A stretch of DNA of 10,572 nucleotides from Dehalococcoidia bacterium (lineage in GTDB: Bacteria > Chloroflexota > Dehalococcoidia > Lucifugimonadales > UBA3495): contig JASLXV010000042.1 in NCBI GenBank assembly GCA_030740155.1, positions 1 to 10,572 on the forward strand, in the 5' to 3' direction. The position numbers were made by a program, and so were the translations under genes. Within the stretch, counting starts at the first letter, position 1; every line of letters starts with the position of its first letter. The notes under the pieces were generated by a model. The model made no database searches, had not been told where the DNA came from, and saw only the letters and a program-made list of their open reading frames with translations. Below are positions 1 to 7,488 of this stretch, one piece after another.

Positions 1-123
1 GAGTAGGCCCAAAAACCGTACGAGGGTTAGTTTCCCTTCCGTTATAAGGGATTCAAGGGATTTGGCCCAACCGCGCCGTTTTCGCATACGTTTGGCCGTT
101 TGTGCGAGGAGCGGCAATCCAAT

Positions 124-130
124 AGGGAGG
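124..130 (+). promoter_or_regulatory. Shine-Dalgarno of SBP gene
   Basis: AGGGAGG, 8 nt before ATG 139. Confidence 0.8.
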
Positions 131-138
131 TAGTATTT

Positions 139-1833
139 ATGAGTGTGATAACTGACCGTAAACGGGCGTTCCTAATCTTGTTGGCCGCATTCGTGGTGTT
201 GGCGCTGCCGGTAATTGGCGCCGCCTGCGGCGGAGAAGCAACAGCCACCCGCAGGCCAACCGTACCGCCGACCATAGCGCCGACTGCGCTCCCGGCCCCG
301 ACGGCGACATCTGTTCCATCCGGACCAACAGCCACCTCCAGACCAGTGGTAGTGCCGACCGCAGTCCCCACACCGACGGCAATCCCTGAGCCATCCGGAC
401 TGAAGCGCGGCGGCTCTCTAAAGGTGGTGATGGAGGCAGACCACTACGGGTTCGACCCGCCGCTTCTCCTCGGCATGCCCGATGTGATTGCCACCCAGCA
501 CACCAACGACAATCTATTGATGCGGCAGAACGACCTCGCGCTGAAGCCGATGCTGGCTGAGTCATGGGAGGCCAACGATGACCTGACTCAGTACACGTTC
601 AAGCTGCGCGAGGGCGTAAAATTTTCCCACGGCAGGGAGTTCACGGCGGACGACGTAGTCCACAGCTTCAAGCGGTTGCTCGATCCTGAGGTAGGGTCCC
701 CGGCCCGGTCCACCCTTGAGATCATCACGGACGTCGTTGCCGTCAACGACCACACGGTCCGCTTCGAACTCGTCGGCACCAACGCCTTCTTGCCGGATAC
801 CATGTCAATATATCAAGCCCGGATCACTCCCTCGGACATCGATGCTGGACAGCTGGCTGTCCAGACGTTTGGAACTGGCCCTTTTATCATGACTGAGCAC
901 GTGTCCGGCGAGCGCACGGTTATGGAACGCAATCCAGACTACTGGGAGATCGGCACCCCCTACCTCGACGAGCTGGTCTTCATCTATATGCCTGAGCCTG
1001 AAACGCGGGTCGAGGCGCTCAAGACCGGCGCGGTGGATGCCTATTATAAGTTGGATGCCCTGAGCGTCGCGGGTCTCGAGGCCCATCCCGACACCAAAGT
1101 GGCGGAGACGGCCAGCGCATCCTACATGAACATAGCAATGGACATGAGGGTCGAGCCGTGGGACAACAAGCTGGTGCGGCAGGCCATGCAGGCCGCGACC
1201 GACCGGGAAGCGATCCGCAAGGCATCCCTCTTTGGGAAGGGCGCAATCGCCTATGACCATCCGATTCCGCCCAATGACCCGCATTTTGCGGCGGATGTCA
1301 AAGTGCCGACCTACGACCCCGCGCGGGCGAAGGAACTTCTGGCGGAAGCCGGATACCCCGACGGGCTTGAAGTTACCCTGTTTACGGCCTCAGTGGGGGC
1401 ACCCATGGTCGAAATGGCGGTAGCACTCAAAGAGTCGGCCGCACCCGCTGGTTTCACGATCAACATCGAGCGGATGCCCGAAGACCAGTACTGGGCCAGT
1501 GTATGGATGACGGAGCCGTTCACCACCGTTTACTGGAACGGCCGGACCCCGGACCTGGCGCTGAGCATCGTGTACCAGTCGGATGCCGAGTGGAACGAGT
1601 CGCGGTACTCCAACCCTGTGCTTGACGATCTGATCATCAAGGCCCGGAGCCAGACCGACCTGGAGGACCGCAAGGAGACCTACGCGGAGATTCAACGCAT
1701 CCTGATCGAAGACGTGCCGCGCATTCTCCCGGTGTTCCAGCCATACTTCGTGGGCTTGCGCAACAACGTGCGTGGTGTGGAAGCCCATCCAAACGGCTGG
1801 CTGATCCTCAATAACGCGTGGATTGACAACTAG
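139..1833 (+). CDS. ABC transporter substrate-binding lipoprotein, family 5 (OppA/DppA/NikA-like)
   Basis: ATG at 139 follows the RBS AGGGAGG (124-130). The protein has a basic N-terminus, a hydrophobic helix, a lipobox (IGAA-C) and a Pro/Thr-rich linker. SBP_bac_5 motifs follow: PMLAESWE..YTFKLREGVKFSHGREFTADDVVHSF, GTGPF, RNPDYW, VRQAMQAATDR. It lies upstream of two permeases and an ATPase. Confidence 0.95.
   Translation: MSVITDRKRAFLILLAAFVVLALPVIGAACGGEATATRRPTVPPTIAPTALPAPTATSVPSGPTATSRPVVVPTAVPTPTAIPEPSGLKRGGSLKVVMEADHYGFDPPLLLGMPDVIATQHTNDNLLMRQNDLALKPMLAESWEANDDLTQYTFKLREGVKFSHGREFTADDVVHSFKRLLDPEVGSPARSTLEIITDVVAVNDHTVRFELVGTNAFLPDTMSIYQARITPSDIDAGQLAVQTFGTGPFIMTEHVSGERTVMERNPDYWEIGTPYLDELVFIYMPEPETRVEALKTGAVDAYYKLDALSVAGLEAHPDTKVAETASASYMNIAMDMRVEPWDNKLVRQAMQAATDREAIRKASLFGKGAIAYDHPIPPNDPHFAADVKVPTYDPARAKELLAEAGYPDGLEVTLFTASVGAPMVEMAVALKESAAPAGFTINIERMPEDQYWASVWMTEPFTTVYWNGRTPDLALSIVYQSDAEWNESRYSNPVLDDLIIKARSQTDLEDRKETYAEIQRILIEDVPRILPVFQPYFVGLRNNVRGVEAHPNGWLILNNAWIDN
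240..400 (+). repeat. Degenerate tandem duplication encoding the Pro/Thr/Ala linker of the SBP
   Basis: AACAGCCACC at 240 and 327, CCGACGGC at 298 and 373, CCATCCGGAC at 316 and 391. Peptide units are TATRRPTVPPTIAPTALPAPTATSVPSG and TATSRPVVVPTAVPTPTAIPEPSG. Confidence 0.65.
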
Positions 1834-1850
1834 GAGGTTCCCGATCCGGT

Positions 1851-1874
1851 CCTGGTGGATGGAAATTCACCAGG
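1851..1874 (+). other. 10-bp hairpin with GNRA tetraloop downstream of SBP stop
   Basis: CCTGGTGGAT-GGAA-ATTCACCAGG, with one G-U pair. Confidence 0.6.
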
Positions 1875-1884
1875 TATGTACCCT

Positions 1885-1920
1885 TTCGCACGCTCCCCTT
1901 ACCAAAGGGGAGCGTGCGAA
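1885..1920. repeat. Perfect 16-bp inverted repeat (mRNA-stabilising/attenuating hairpin or REP-like element)
   Basis: TTCGCACGCTCCCCTT-ACCA-AAGGGGAGCGTGCGAA. No U-tract follows on +. Confidence 0.8.
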
Positions 1921-2086
1921 TCCCTCCCGTCTTGCGAAAGGGAAGACCATGTCTGGCTCCGATTGGGCGGGGTCGAGGGTCTCGATAAAGTTGGAGACAG
2001 GGGTCCCGGGCTAGGCATTAAAACTAGCTGACAGCAGACCCGGGCGGGCCTCACCAAGAGCCTCTGTTTGAGGCTGGAGCCTCTGT

Positions 2087-3031
2087 ATGTTGCGATTTAT
2101 TCTCAGGCGTTTAAGCCTGATCGGAGTCACCTTGCTGGTGGTCTCCTTGGCCATCTTCTTGGTGACCGAGATACTGCCCGGTGACGTGGCGACGATGATC
2201 CTGCGCCAGGGGGCGACCGAGGAAAACCTGGCAGTTGTCCGCCGCGATTTGGGTCTGGATCGCCCGGCCCACGAGCGTTACCTGAGTTGGGTCGGGAGCG
2301 CCGTCCGCGGCGACCTTGGTGACTCTTACAAACAGAAAAGACCAATTACCGAGGTCGTGAGACCGAGGCTTTCGAACTCTGCGATTCTTGCCGTCTTCGC
2401 GTTTCTGGTGGCCGTCCCGGCGGCGGTGATCATCGGGGTCTGGACTGGCGTGCGTCGAGACACCTGGGGAGACCGGGCCATAAGCATCGGAAGCTTGGTG
2501 GCCATCTCGCTGCCGGAGTTCGTGACGGCGGTGCTGCTCATCGTCATCTTCTCCTCGACTCTGGGTTGGCTGCCCTCCTCGAGCATCATTCTCCCCGGAA
2601 CCAGTCCCCTTACGAGGCCCGAGATCTTGGTGCTGCCGGCGCTAACTTTGACCGGCGTCCTGTTCGCCTACATCATGCGAATGACCCGGGCAAACGTGAT
2701 CGAGGCAATGCAGTCGAACTACGTGCGCACGGCGATTCTCAAGGGCCTTCCCATGCGGCGGGTGCTCTTCCGTCACGTTGTGCCAAACGCGATGCTGCCG
2801 ACCATCAGCGTGATCGCGGCGAACATCGGCTGGATGCTTGGGGGGCTCATCATCGTGGAAAACGTCTTCGCCTATCCAGGGCTCGGAAGGTTGGTGTTGG
2901 AAGCAACCCAAAGCCGTGATGTCCCGCTGTTGCAGTCCGTGACCCTGCTCATCGCTGCGACCTTCGCCTTCAGCAACCTGGCTGCCGACCTTTGCTACGC
3001 CGCCCTCAATCCACGGATCAGGTACGCATGA
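2087..3031 (+). CDS. ABC transporter permease (DppB/OppB family)
   Basis: N-terminus MLRFILRRL...LPGDVA...LGLDRP..ERYLSW...GDLGDS. Multiple TM segments, an EAA-like loop RANVIEAMQSNYVRTAILKGL..HVVPNAMLP, and a C-terminus ADLCYAALNPRIR. Confidence 0.95.
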   Translation: MLRFILRRLSLIGVTLLVVSLAIFLVTEILPGDVATMILRQGATEENLAVVRRDLGLDRPAHERYLSWVGSAVRGDLGDSYKQKRPITEVVRPRLSNSAILAVFAFLVAVPAAVIIGVWTGVRRDTWGDRAISIGSLVAISLPEFVTAVLLIVIFSSTLGWLPSSSIILPGTSPLTRPEILVLPALTLTGVLFAYIMRMTRANVIEAMQSNYVRTAILKGLPMRRVLFRHVVPNAMLPTISVIAANIGWMLGGLIIVENVFAYPGLGRLVLEATQSRDVPLLQSVTLLIAATFAFSNLAADLCYAALNPRIRYA

Positions 3032-3957
3032 TGGCGGCACAATTGTTGAGAGGAAAATTCCGGGAAAGGGCACTCCGCGCCGGCAGCCGTTGGGGAGCCG
3101 CGACAAGGAGGGCGGTCCGGAACGAGCTGGGTTTGGCGCTCCGCACGACGGCGGGGAGGATTGGACTGCCGTTGGTGCTGCTTTATCTAACCCTGGCTCT
3201 CATCGGCTCGTGGTTGGCGCCTTACTCCGCAACCGAACAACATTTGGATCGCCAGCTTGAGGCGCCGTCCTGGCAATTCTGGCTCGGCACCGACCAGTTC
3301 GGACGCGACATATTGAGCCGTGTCATGTCCGGAGCGGGATCCATCATCAGCATGTCCGTCGCCGGCGCAGCCTTGGGTATTATCCTGGGCACCGTGGTGG
3401 GGATGAGCAGCGGCTACAAAGGCGGAAAGACCGATGAGATAGTCATGCGCGTGATGGACGGGCTGATGTCGTTCCCATCTTTGCTGCTGGCCCTCCTCGT
3501 CCTGACTACCCTCGGCGCCAGTTGGCAGAACATCGTGCTAACCATTGGGATCGTGTTCACGCCAGGCGTGGCGAGGGTGATGCGGAGCGCCACACTCACG
3601 CTGAAAACTATGGAGTTCGTCCAGAGCGCGCGTTTGCGGGGTGAGCCGGCGCCGTACATCATCTTCATGGAGATACTGCCCAACACCGTGCCAGTCCTGG
3701 TGGTGGAGGCGTCCGTGCGCCTCAGCTACGCGATTCTGCTCGCGTCTTCCCTTGGGTTCCTCGGTCTCGGCGTGCAGCCGCCTTCGCCCGACTGGGGCCT
3801 GATGATCAGCGAGAGCCGTCGATTCATAGTAGATGCCCCCTGGGTCGCGCTGGTTCCCGCGGGCGCCGTTGCCTCCCTGGTCGTGGGCGTCAACCTTCTC
3901 TCAGATGGTCTCAGACAAGCGCGGGGACTACCAAAACGGGAGGACCGTGATGAGTGA
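3028..3957 (+). CDS. ABC transporter permease (DppC/OppC family)
   Basis: ATG 3028 overlaps the upstream TGA (ATGA); ATG 3031 is an alternative start. Motifs APS..FWLGTDQFGRDILSR, EFVQSARLRGE, ILPN, LGFLGLGVQPPSPDWGLMI, NLLSDGLR. Confidence 0.95.
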   Translation: MMAAQLLRGKFRERALRAGSRWGAATRRAVRNELGLALRTTAGRIGLPLVLLYLTLALIGSWLAPYSATEQHLDRQLEAPSWQFWLGTDQFGRDILSRVMSGAGSIISMSVAGAALGIILGTVVGMSSGYKGGKTDEIVMRVMDGLMSFPSLLLALLVLTTLGASWQNIVLTIGIVFTPGVARVMRSATLTLKTMEFVQSARLRGEPAPYIIFMEILPNTVPVLVVEASVRLSYAILLASSLGFLGLGVQPPSPDWGLMISESRRFIVDAPWVALVPAGAVASLVVGVNLLSDGLRQARGLPKREDRDE

Positions 3958-6034
3958 GCAGCCGAACGAATTTGCTCCGCTGGTCGAAGTAGACCGGCTG
4001 GCGGTTACATTTCATACGCCGCGCGGCACGGTCCGCGCGGTGCGCGAGGCGACTTTCGAGGTCCGACGAGGTGAGGTTCTGGGCCTTGTCGGCGAGTCGG
4101 GATGCGGGAAGTCAACCGTCGCCTTTGCGATGATGGGCTATCTGCCGGGGACAGCGCATGTGGACGGCGCGATTCGCTTCGAGGGCAAGGACATTGCCCG
4201 TCTGCCGACATCCGAGCTACGCCTGCTCCGTGGTAACCGGGTCGCCATGGTCTACCAGGACCCAGCCACCTCACTGAATCCCACCATGCGGATCGGTGCG
4301 CAGGTGGAAGAGGTGCTGCGTGAGCACTTGCGATTGGATTCGAGGCAAGCCCAGGCCCGGACGGTGGAGCTATTCGAGAGCGTCGGCCTGGCTGATCCGG
4401 AATGGATCGGCAAGCGTTATCCGCATCAACTGAGCGGCGGGATGCAGCAACGGGTGGTGATCGCGATCGCGCTGGCCTGCGACCCGGACCTGCTAATCAT
4501 GGACGAGCCCACCACAGGTCTCGACGTTACGACGGAGGCGACCATCCTCGATCTGGTGGTCGACCTGAAGCAACGTGTGAACGCCGGCATCCTGTATGTG
4601 AGTCACAACCTGGGTGTGATCGCGCGGGTCGCCGATCGCGTGGTGGTTATGTATTCAGGCCAGACCGTCGAGCAGGCGCCCGTTGGGCCGCTGTTCAAGG
4701 ACCCAAAACATCCCTACACCACGGGGCTGCTAAGCTGTGTGCCCACGCCTCCCGGGGAGAGTGGGTCGGTCACCCAGCTCAGCAGCATTCCTGGCTCCGT
4801 CTATTCCGCCAGCAAGCAGGCCGGCGAAGCTTGTCTGTTTGCGTCCCGGTGCCCAATTGCGCGTGACTCGTGTCAATCGGAGACGCCCGAGATGATCGAC
4901 GCGGGAGGCGGCCACCAATCGCGCTGCTTCTTCTGGAATGAGGTCGGTTCGGAGATATGGGGCGAGACGACGGATCGGGATGATCGCCGCCGTAACGGTG
5001 AGTCCAAGCCGGTGCTCGTTGCAAAAGGGCTGAGACGGTTCTACGGCCGTTGGCAACGGAAATATGTACTCGTCGGCCCCCGGGTGCGAACACCGGTCCG
5101 AGCAGTAACGGACGTCGATTTCGAGGTTGGGGCTGGCCGGACGCTGGGTATCGTCGGCGAGAGCGGCTGCGGCAAGACCACCGTCGCACGGGTTGTGGTC
5201 GGCCTGGTCCCGCAGGATCGTGGCGAGATCCGGCTGCGCGATGAGGAACTCGCCCGGCGGGTTGGAGACCGGACCCGCGAGCAGCGCGCCGCGCTGAGGA
5301 TGGTGTTCCAGAACCCAACGGCTTCGCTCAACCCAAGGCTTCCCACGCGCCATGCGATCATTCGATCTTTGAGGAAGTTCGCGCGCCTGGGCCGTCATGA
5401 TAGCCGTGAGCGTGCTGTGGAATTGATGCAAGCCGTTGGGTTGGGTCCTGCGTATCTGGACCGCCACCCCGGCGAACTCAGTGGCGGCGAGCAGCAGCGG
5501 GTGGCATTGGCGTCCGCGTTTGCGGCCAATCCCGCTCTCATCGTCGCCGATGAGGCGGTTTCGGCACTGGACGTGTCCGTCCAGGCCCAAGTGCTCAATC
5601 TACTGGGAGAGCATCAACGTGAAAACGGCACCTCGTTCATCTTCATATCCCACGACCTGGGCGTGGTGCGCTACGTTTCTGATGATATCCTGGTGCTCTA
5701 TGCTGGGCATGTGGTGGAATCGGGACCGGCGGAATGCGTGCTGAGCGCACCGTCACACCCGTACACGGAGACGCTTCTTTCGGCCGCTCCTGTCCCCGAT
5801 CCGGATGCCGCGCCGAACCCCATCCGGCTTCCCGGCGCCGTGCCGACCCTCCGGGAGCGGTTCCGCGGCTGCTCGTTCGCCGGGCGCTGTCCCCGCAAGG
5901 TAGGACAGATATGCGACGATACGCCGCCACCCACCCGGTCTGGGCCAGATTCCTCCGACCATCTTATTTGCTGCCATATTTCAGTCGAGGATCTCAAGTC
6001 GATGCAGCGGGGGAAAAGCGCGGTCGCCAGCTAG
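3950..6034 (+). CDS. Fused dipeptide/oligopeptide ABC ATP-binding protein (DppD+DppF-like, two NBDs)
   Basis: Two Walker A motifs (GESGCGKS, GESGCGKT), signatures LSGGMQQR/LSGGEQQR, Walker B LLIMDEPT/LIVADEAV, and two HPY C-terminal domains with Cys clusters. RBS GGGAGGA (3938-3944) precedes ATG 3950, which overlaps the end of the permease. Confidence 0.95.
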   Translation: MSEQPNEFAPLVEVDRLAVTFHTPRGTVRAVREATFEVRRGEVLGLVGESGCGKSTVAFAMMGYLPGTAHVDGAIRFEGKDIARLPTSELRLLRGNRVAMVYQDPATSLNPTMRIGAQVEEVLREHLRLDSRQAQARTVELFESVGLADPEWIGKRYPHQLSGGMQQRVVIAIALACDPDLLIMDEPTTGLDVTTEATILDLVVDLKQRVNAGILYVSHNLGVIARVADRVVVMYSGQTVEQAPVGPLFKDPKHPYTTGLLSCVPTPPGESGSVTQLSSIPGSVYSASKQAGEACLFASRCPIARDSCQSETPEMIDAGGGHQSRCFFWNEVGSEIWGETTDRDDRRRNGESKPVLVAKGLRRFYGRWQRKYVLVGPRVRTPVRAVTDVDFEVGAGRTLGIVGESGCGKTTVARVVVGLVPQDRGEIRLRDEELARRVGDRTREQRAALRMVFQNPTASLNPRLPTRHAIIRSLRKFARLGRHDSRERAVELMQAVGLGPAYLDRHPGELSGGEQQRVALASAFAANPALIVADEAVSALDVSVQAQVLNLLGEHQRENGTSFIFISHDLGVVRYVSDDILVLYAGHVVESGPAECVLSAPSHPYTETLLSAAPVPDPDAAPNPIRLPGAVPTLRERFRGCSFAGRCPRKVGQICDDTPPPTRSGPDSSDHLICCHISVEDLKSMQRGKSAVAS

Positions 6035-6037
6035 CCG

Positions 6038-6253
6038 GCGGCTGCGTAAAACGCGTCCAATAATTCATACCTGGGTCAGAGCTGGGAGTGCGACGCCGAT
6101 ATGTGCCGGAAGGCGTTGGCCTTGGGGACAGATGTAGCTGATGGTGGCAGTGTTATAGACAAAGCGATCTTTGAAGTAAGGTCCTTGGACGCCGGCGTGG
6201 TAGCGCTCGGGCATGACGAACACGTCACCTCGGCGTTCGCCAGCTATGTTAGA
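6038..6253 (-). mobile_element. IS1182-family remnant (internal transposase fragment plus probable terminal end)
   Basis: The minus-strand peptide NIAGERRGDVFVMPE...PYFKDRFVYNTATISYICPQGQRL matches the F-x-Y..Y-x-C-P-x-G-x-x-L motif typical of IS1182 transposases. GCGGCTGCGTAAAAC at 6038 resembles IS1182-type terminal IRs (recalled, not verified). Confidence 0.65.
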
Positions 6254-6360
6254 AACCGGTATCCGGCCAGAAGGCGGCATAACGGCAAATAGGGGGAATG
6301 TGTAAGCCTCCGTGAGGTAAAGTGTCAAGGGCGGCGGGAAAGTTTACCGGCGTGTCAGAA

Positions 6361-6495
6361 GAACTTCCTAATCTGTACACCGCAGGCTGCGACGTGGGAA
6401 GCATCATCACCGTTGGACACGTCGGCGGGCTGTCGGCGGCGCTCACCACCGGCCGGATCGCCGGCCGGGCGGCGGTTGCTTGTGCGCGGGCGGCT
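6361..6495 (+). pseudogene. C-terminal fragment of FAD-dependent oxidoreductase (FAD_binding_2; FrdA/TcuA/KstD-like)
   Basis: ELPNLYTAGCDVGSI...VGGLSAALTTGRIAGRAA matches the P-x-L-Y-A-A-G...G-G-L..A...G-R-I-A-G..AA C-terminal flavoprotein motif. The N-terminal part is absent. Confidence 0.7.
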
Positions 6496-6626
6496 AGCAC
6501 CGCTGCGGGACCATACGGATGTAACCGGGGAAGTGCGGCCGCCAATCCGGGTAGGACACCTATCCGGTGGAGGCTACGGGGCAGCCCCATTCAGCCAATA
6601 GGCTAGAATACCGGAAGGAGGAAGGC

Positions 6627-7073
6627 ATGTTAAAAAGAGAGATCACGTTCGGAGAACTTACCGTAGGCTCCGAAGCAATGGAGCCCATGGAGGTGGAACT
6701 CACTCCCGCGCTGGTCCAGTGGTACGCCCATGCCCTGGACAGCCCCAACGACGACTGGTACCGCTACGGCTCTCCTTTGGGGGAGCCCATCGTGCCGCCG
6801 GCGGTAATCGAGAACCTGGCCTTGTGCAGGGCCTATCGCATCAGCGCTCCCGGCGGCAACGTTCACGCCTGGTCGGAGGTGCAACATATAAAGCCAGTGA
6901 AGGTGGGCACCACAATTCGCACCGAATCAATCACCACCGACAAGTACGAGAAGCGTGGCAAGTTTTATGACGTGTGGGTAGTCACCGTACGGGACGAAAG
7001 CGGCGACGAGGTGATGGTGGCCAAGTACTCCGAATGCGCTCTGCCCGAGGGGCAGAAGGTCCGATACCGCTGA
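6627..7073 (+). CDS. MaoC-like / hotdog-fold dehydratase domain protein
   Basis: RBS AAGGAGG (6615-6621) precedes ATG 6627. Motifs SPLGEPIVPP, NVHAWSEVQHIKPVKVGTTI and TDKYEKRGKFY..VRDESGDEV are typical of MaoC_dehydrat_N-like proteins. Confidence 0.8.
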   Translation: MLKREITFGELTVGSEAMEPMEVELTPALVQWYAHALDSPNDDWYRYGSPLGEPIVPPAVIENLALCRAYRISAPGGNVHAWSEVQHIKPVKVGTTIRTESITTDKYEKRGKFYDVWVVTVRDESGDEVMVAKYSECALPEGQKVRYR

Positions 7074-7078
7074 CCGGC

Positions 7079-7213
7079 CCCAAGGAATGAATAGCTAACG
7101 GTCCACAGACACGGGTGGCCAACGCTGATGCGGGTACCTCCGAAGACGTGACGTACCAGACCAAGTGGGCCTTGGCATTGACCTTGATCGACCGTACCTT
7201 GGAGTGGCACGTT
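7079..7213 (+). pseudogene. IS701-family transposase fragment
   Basis: My translation PKE*IANGPQTRVANADAGTSEDVTYQTKWALALTLIDRTLEWHV resembles the IS701 segment LPxEW..DP.RR..AGVPEDV.F.TK..LAL..IDRA..WGV. An in-frame TGA sits where Trp is expected. Not in the ORF track. Confidence 0.6.
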
Positions 7214-7424
7214 CTAGACCGTCAGCGACAATAGGACACAACCAGGAGTAACAAAACCCGAGAGTGGGAAAGCGGCGTGAACCCCTGGAGTGAGGGTAAA
7301 GCACTCACACGATGGCGGAACGACCGAACCCTCGTTTTGCATCGCCCCGATCCTGTCGAACTGATGGGGTCCACTTCCATACGGCATTTCCAATAGACCT
7401 CCCTAGCCCCAATATGAGGAATAA

Positions 7425-7453
7425 TTGACGCGTCGCGCTACCATCTTTAGAAT
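7425..7453 (+). promoter_or_regulatory. Sigma70-type promoter of the Gfo/Idh/MocA gene
   Basis: TTGACG (7425-7430), a 17-nt spacer, then TAGAAT (7448-7453), with an AT-rich stretch upstream. RBS GAGGAG is at 7475-7480. Confidence 0.75.
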
Positions 7454-7488
7454 CATGCGGGATGCCGACACGTTGAGGAGCAAGCGTC

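Noticed and set aside
100..138. Longer ORF-track starts (100, 2992, 3833, 6567)
   Set aside because: Better starts with an RBS or stop/start coupling exist at 139, 3028, 3950 and 6627. The extensions lack family features, and those at 2992, 3833 and 6567 overlap upstream ORFs.
4730..5590. 286-aa antisense ORF and other overlapping ORFs within the ABC, Gfo and LSR genes
   Set aside because: These are shadow frames of GC-rich coding sequence with no recognisable motifs.
6065..6328. 87-aa minus-strand ORF as an intact gene
   Set aside because: Only its middle resembles a transposase; it is treated as a chimeric remnant.
6295..6328. Minus-strand TTGACA promoter or IS end
   Set aside because: The -35 is perfect, but there is no convincing -10 at 16-18 nt and no partner inverted repeat was found.
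6547..6567. 9-bp hairpin CCGGGTAGG-ACA-CCTATCCGG as terminator
   Set aside because: There is no U-tract on either strand, so a function cannot be supported.
6322..6606. 94-aa ORF as an intact gene
   Set aside because: It contains only the C-terminal flavoprotein motif, has no RBS, and has a non-homologous-looking tail.
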